This document shows, in pieces, positions 37,172 through 37,636 of a stretch of DNA of 37,636 nucleotides. A program made the translations under genes and the position numbers. Source of the DNA: a virus (taxonomy: Duplodnaviria; Caudoviricetes); the IMG/VR virus record IMGVR_UViG_3300021962_004757, positions 1 to 37,636 of that record. One strand, written 5' to 3'. Numbering within the stretch: position 1 is the first letter of the stretch; every line of letters begins with the position of its first letter. The notes under the pieces were generated by a model. That model searched no databases. It was given only the letters and a program-made list of their open reading frames with translations, and was not told the origin of the DNA.

Positions 37172-37636
37172 TTATGTTAAATTAATTGATGCGTAGTAGC
37201 CTTTACCTGTGGTATCATAACCATCAAAGCCTTCTAGTTCTTCACCGTCATAATCAACACCAGTGATTAATTCCCAACCTTCAAAATCTGTAGTATATAT
37301 CTTTAACTTGCTGGGATCGAATGGTTGTTTAAGATGTATATCTGCCGCAAAGAACTGTCCTTTTTCTGAAGATTGCACACAGAAATAACCATCTACATCA
37401 TCCCAGTCACTGGCATAGGTTTCACCCTGCTCGAGTTGGACACTGTGTTTTTCTTCTAGTTCCCAAGATAATCCTTCATCAAACACTGTCTCACCTTTTT
37501 CATCTTCGACTTGGATATGATTAAGATCGCTAAACTCACAGCCTGACAGATTATCTAAATGACCTTCAGTCTCGTACCAAGCACCATCATTACAGAATCT
37601 CGCTTCTTCAGGTACTGAATTTTCTTCTTCCTCATC
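37172..37636 (-). CDS. Acidic hypothetical protein, 5' end outside the window
   Basis: Frame of track ORF 37172..37486 stays open to the window end. Confidence 0.7.
   Translation of the reverse strand, partial: DEEEENSVPEEARFCNDGAWYETEGHLDNLSGCEFSDLNHIQVEDEKGETVFDEGLSWELEEKHSVQLEQGETYASDWDDVDGYFCVQSSEKGQFFAADIHLKQPFDPSKLKIYTTDFEGWELITGVDYDGEELEGFDGYDTTGKGYYASINLT

Noticed and set aside
1-37636. Bacterial chromosome origin suggested by clpA, iscU, kdsA, def
   Set aside because: These genes are out of their cellular operon context and are interleaved with T4-like virion, lysis and clamp-loader genes and TAAATA motifs
1-37636. Stop-codon reassignment, as seen in some large phages
   Set aside because: Genes are full length in the standard code, and TAA, TAG and TGA all end conserved proteins at expected positions
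1-37636. CRISPR array, tRNA, rRNA or mobile element
   Set aside because: No spaced direct repeats, cloverleafs, transposase, integrase or homing-endonuclease motifs were seen; intergenic gaps are mostly too short

Overview
A 37.6-kb, gene-dense, AT-rich, almost entirely minus-strand segment that reads as part of a large tailed (T4-like/jumbo) phage infecting a Gram-negative, probably proteobacterial, host. It carries a virion block (T4 gp9/gp10-type N-termini, an Ig-repeat protein, a 2253-aa fibre), a lysis module (GH19 endolysin plus overlapped two-component spanin), replication genes (clamp loader, a stand-alone DnaE fragment), proteostasis genes (dnaJ-def-clpA, groES), an iron/redox/UV block (uvsE, sod, iscU, two 2OG-Fe(II)-like oxygenases, DUF1289, iscA) and glycan/deazaguanine genes (kdsA, glycosyltransferase, cytidylyltransferases, queD). 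The best leads are: a preQ1-I-like pseudoknot starting at the predicted transcription start of queD; a two-state hairpin in the phoH leader; an SOD with a T4 capsid-targeting-like N-terminus; many apparently leaderless transcripts; and an 11-aa tag shared by ClpA and the glycosyltransferase. All calls come from motif recognition by eye. No searches or folding computations were run, so novelty is unverified.
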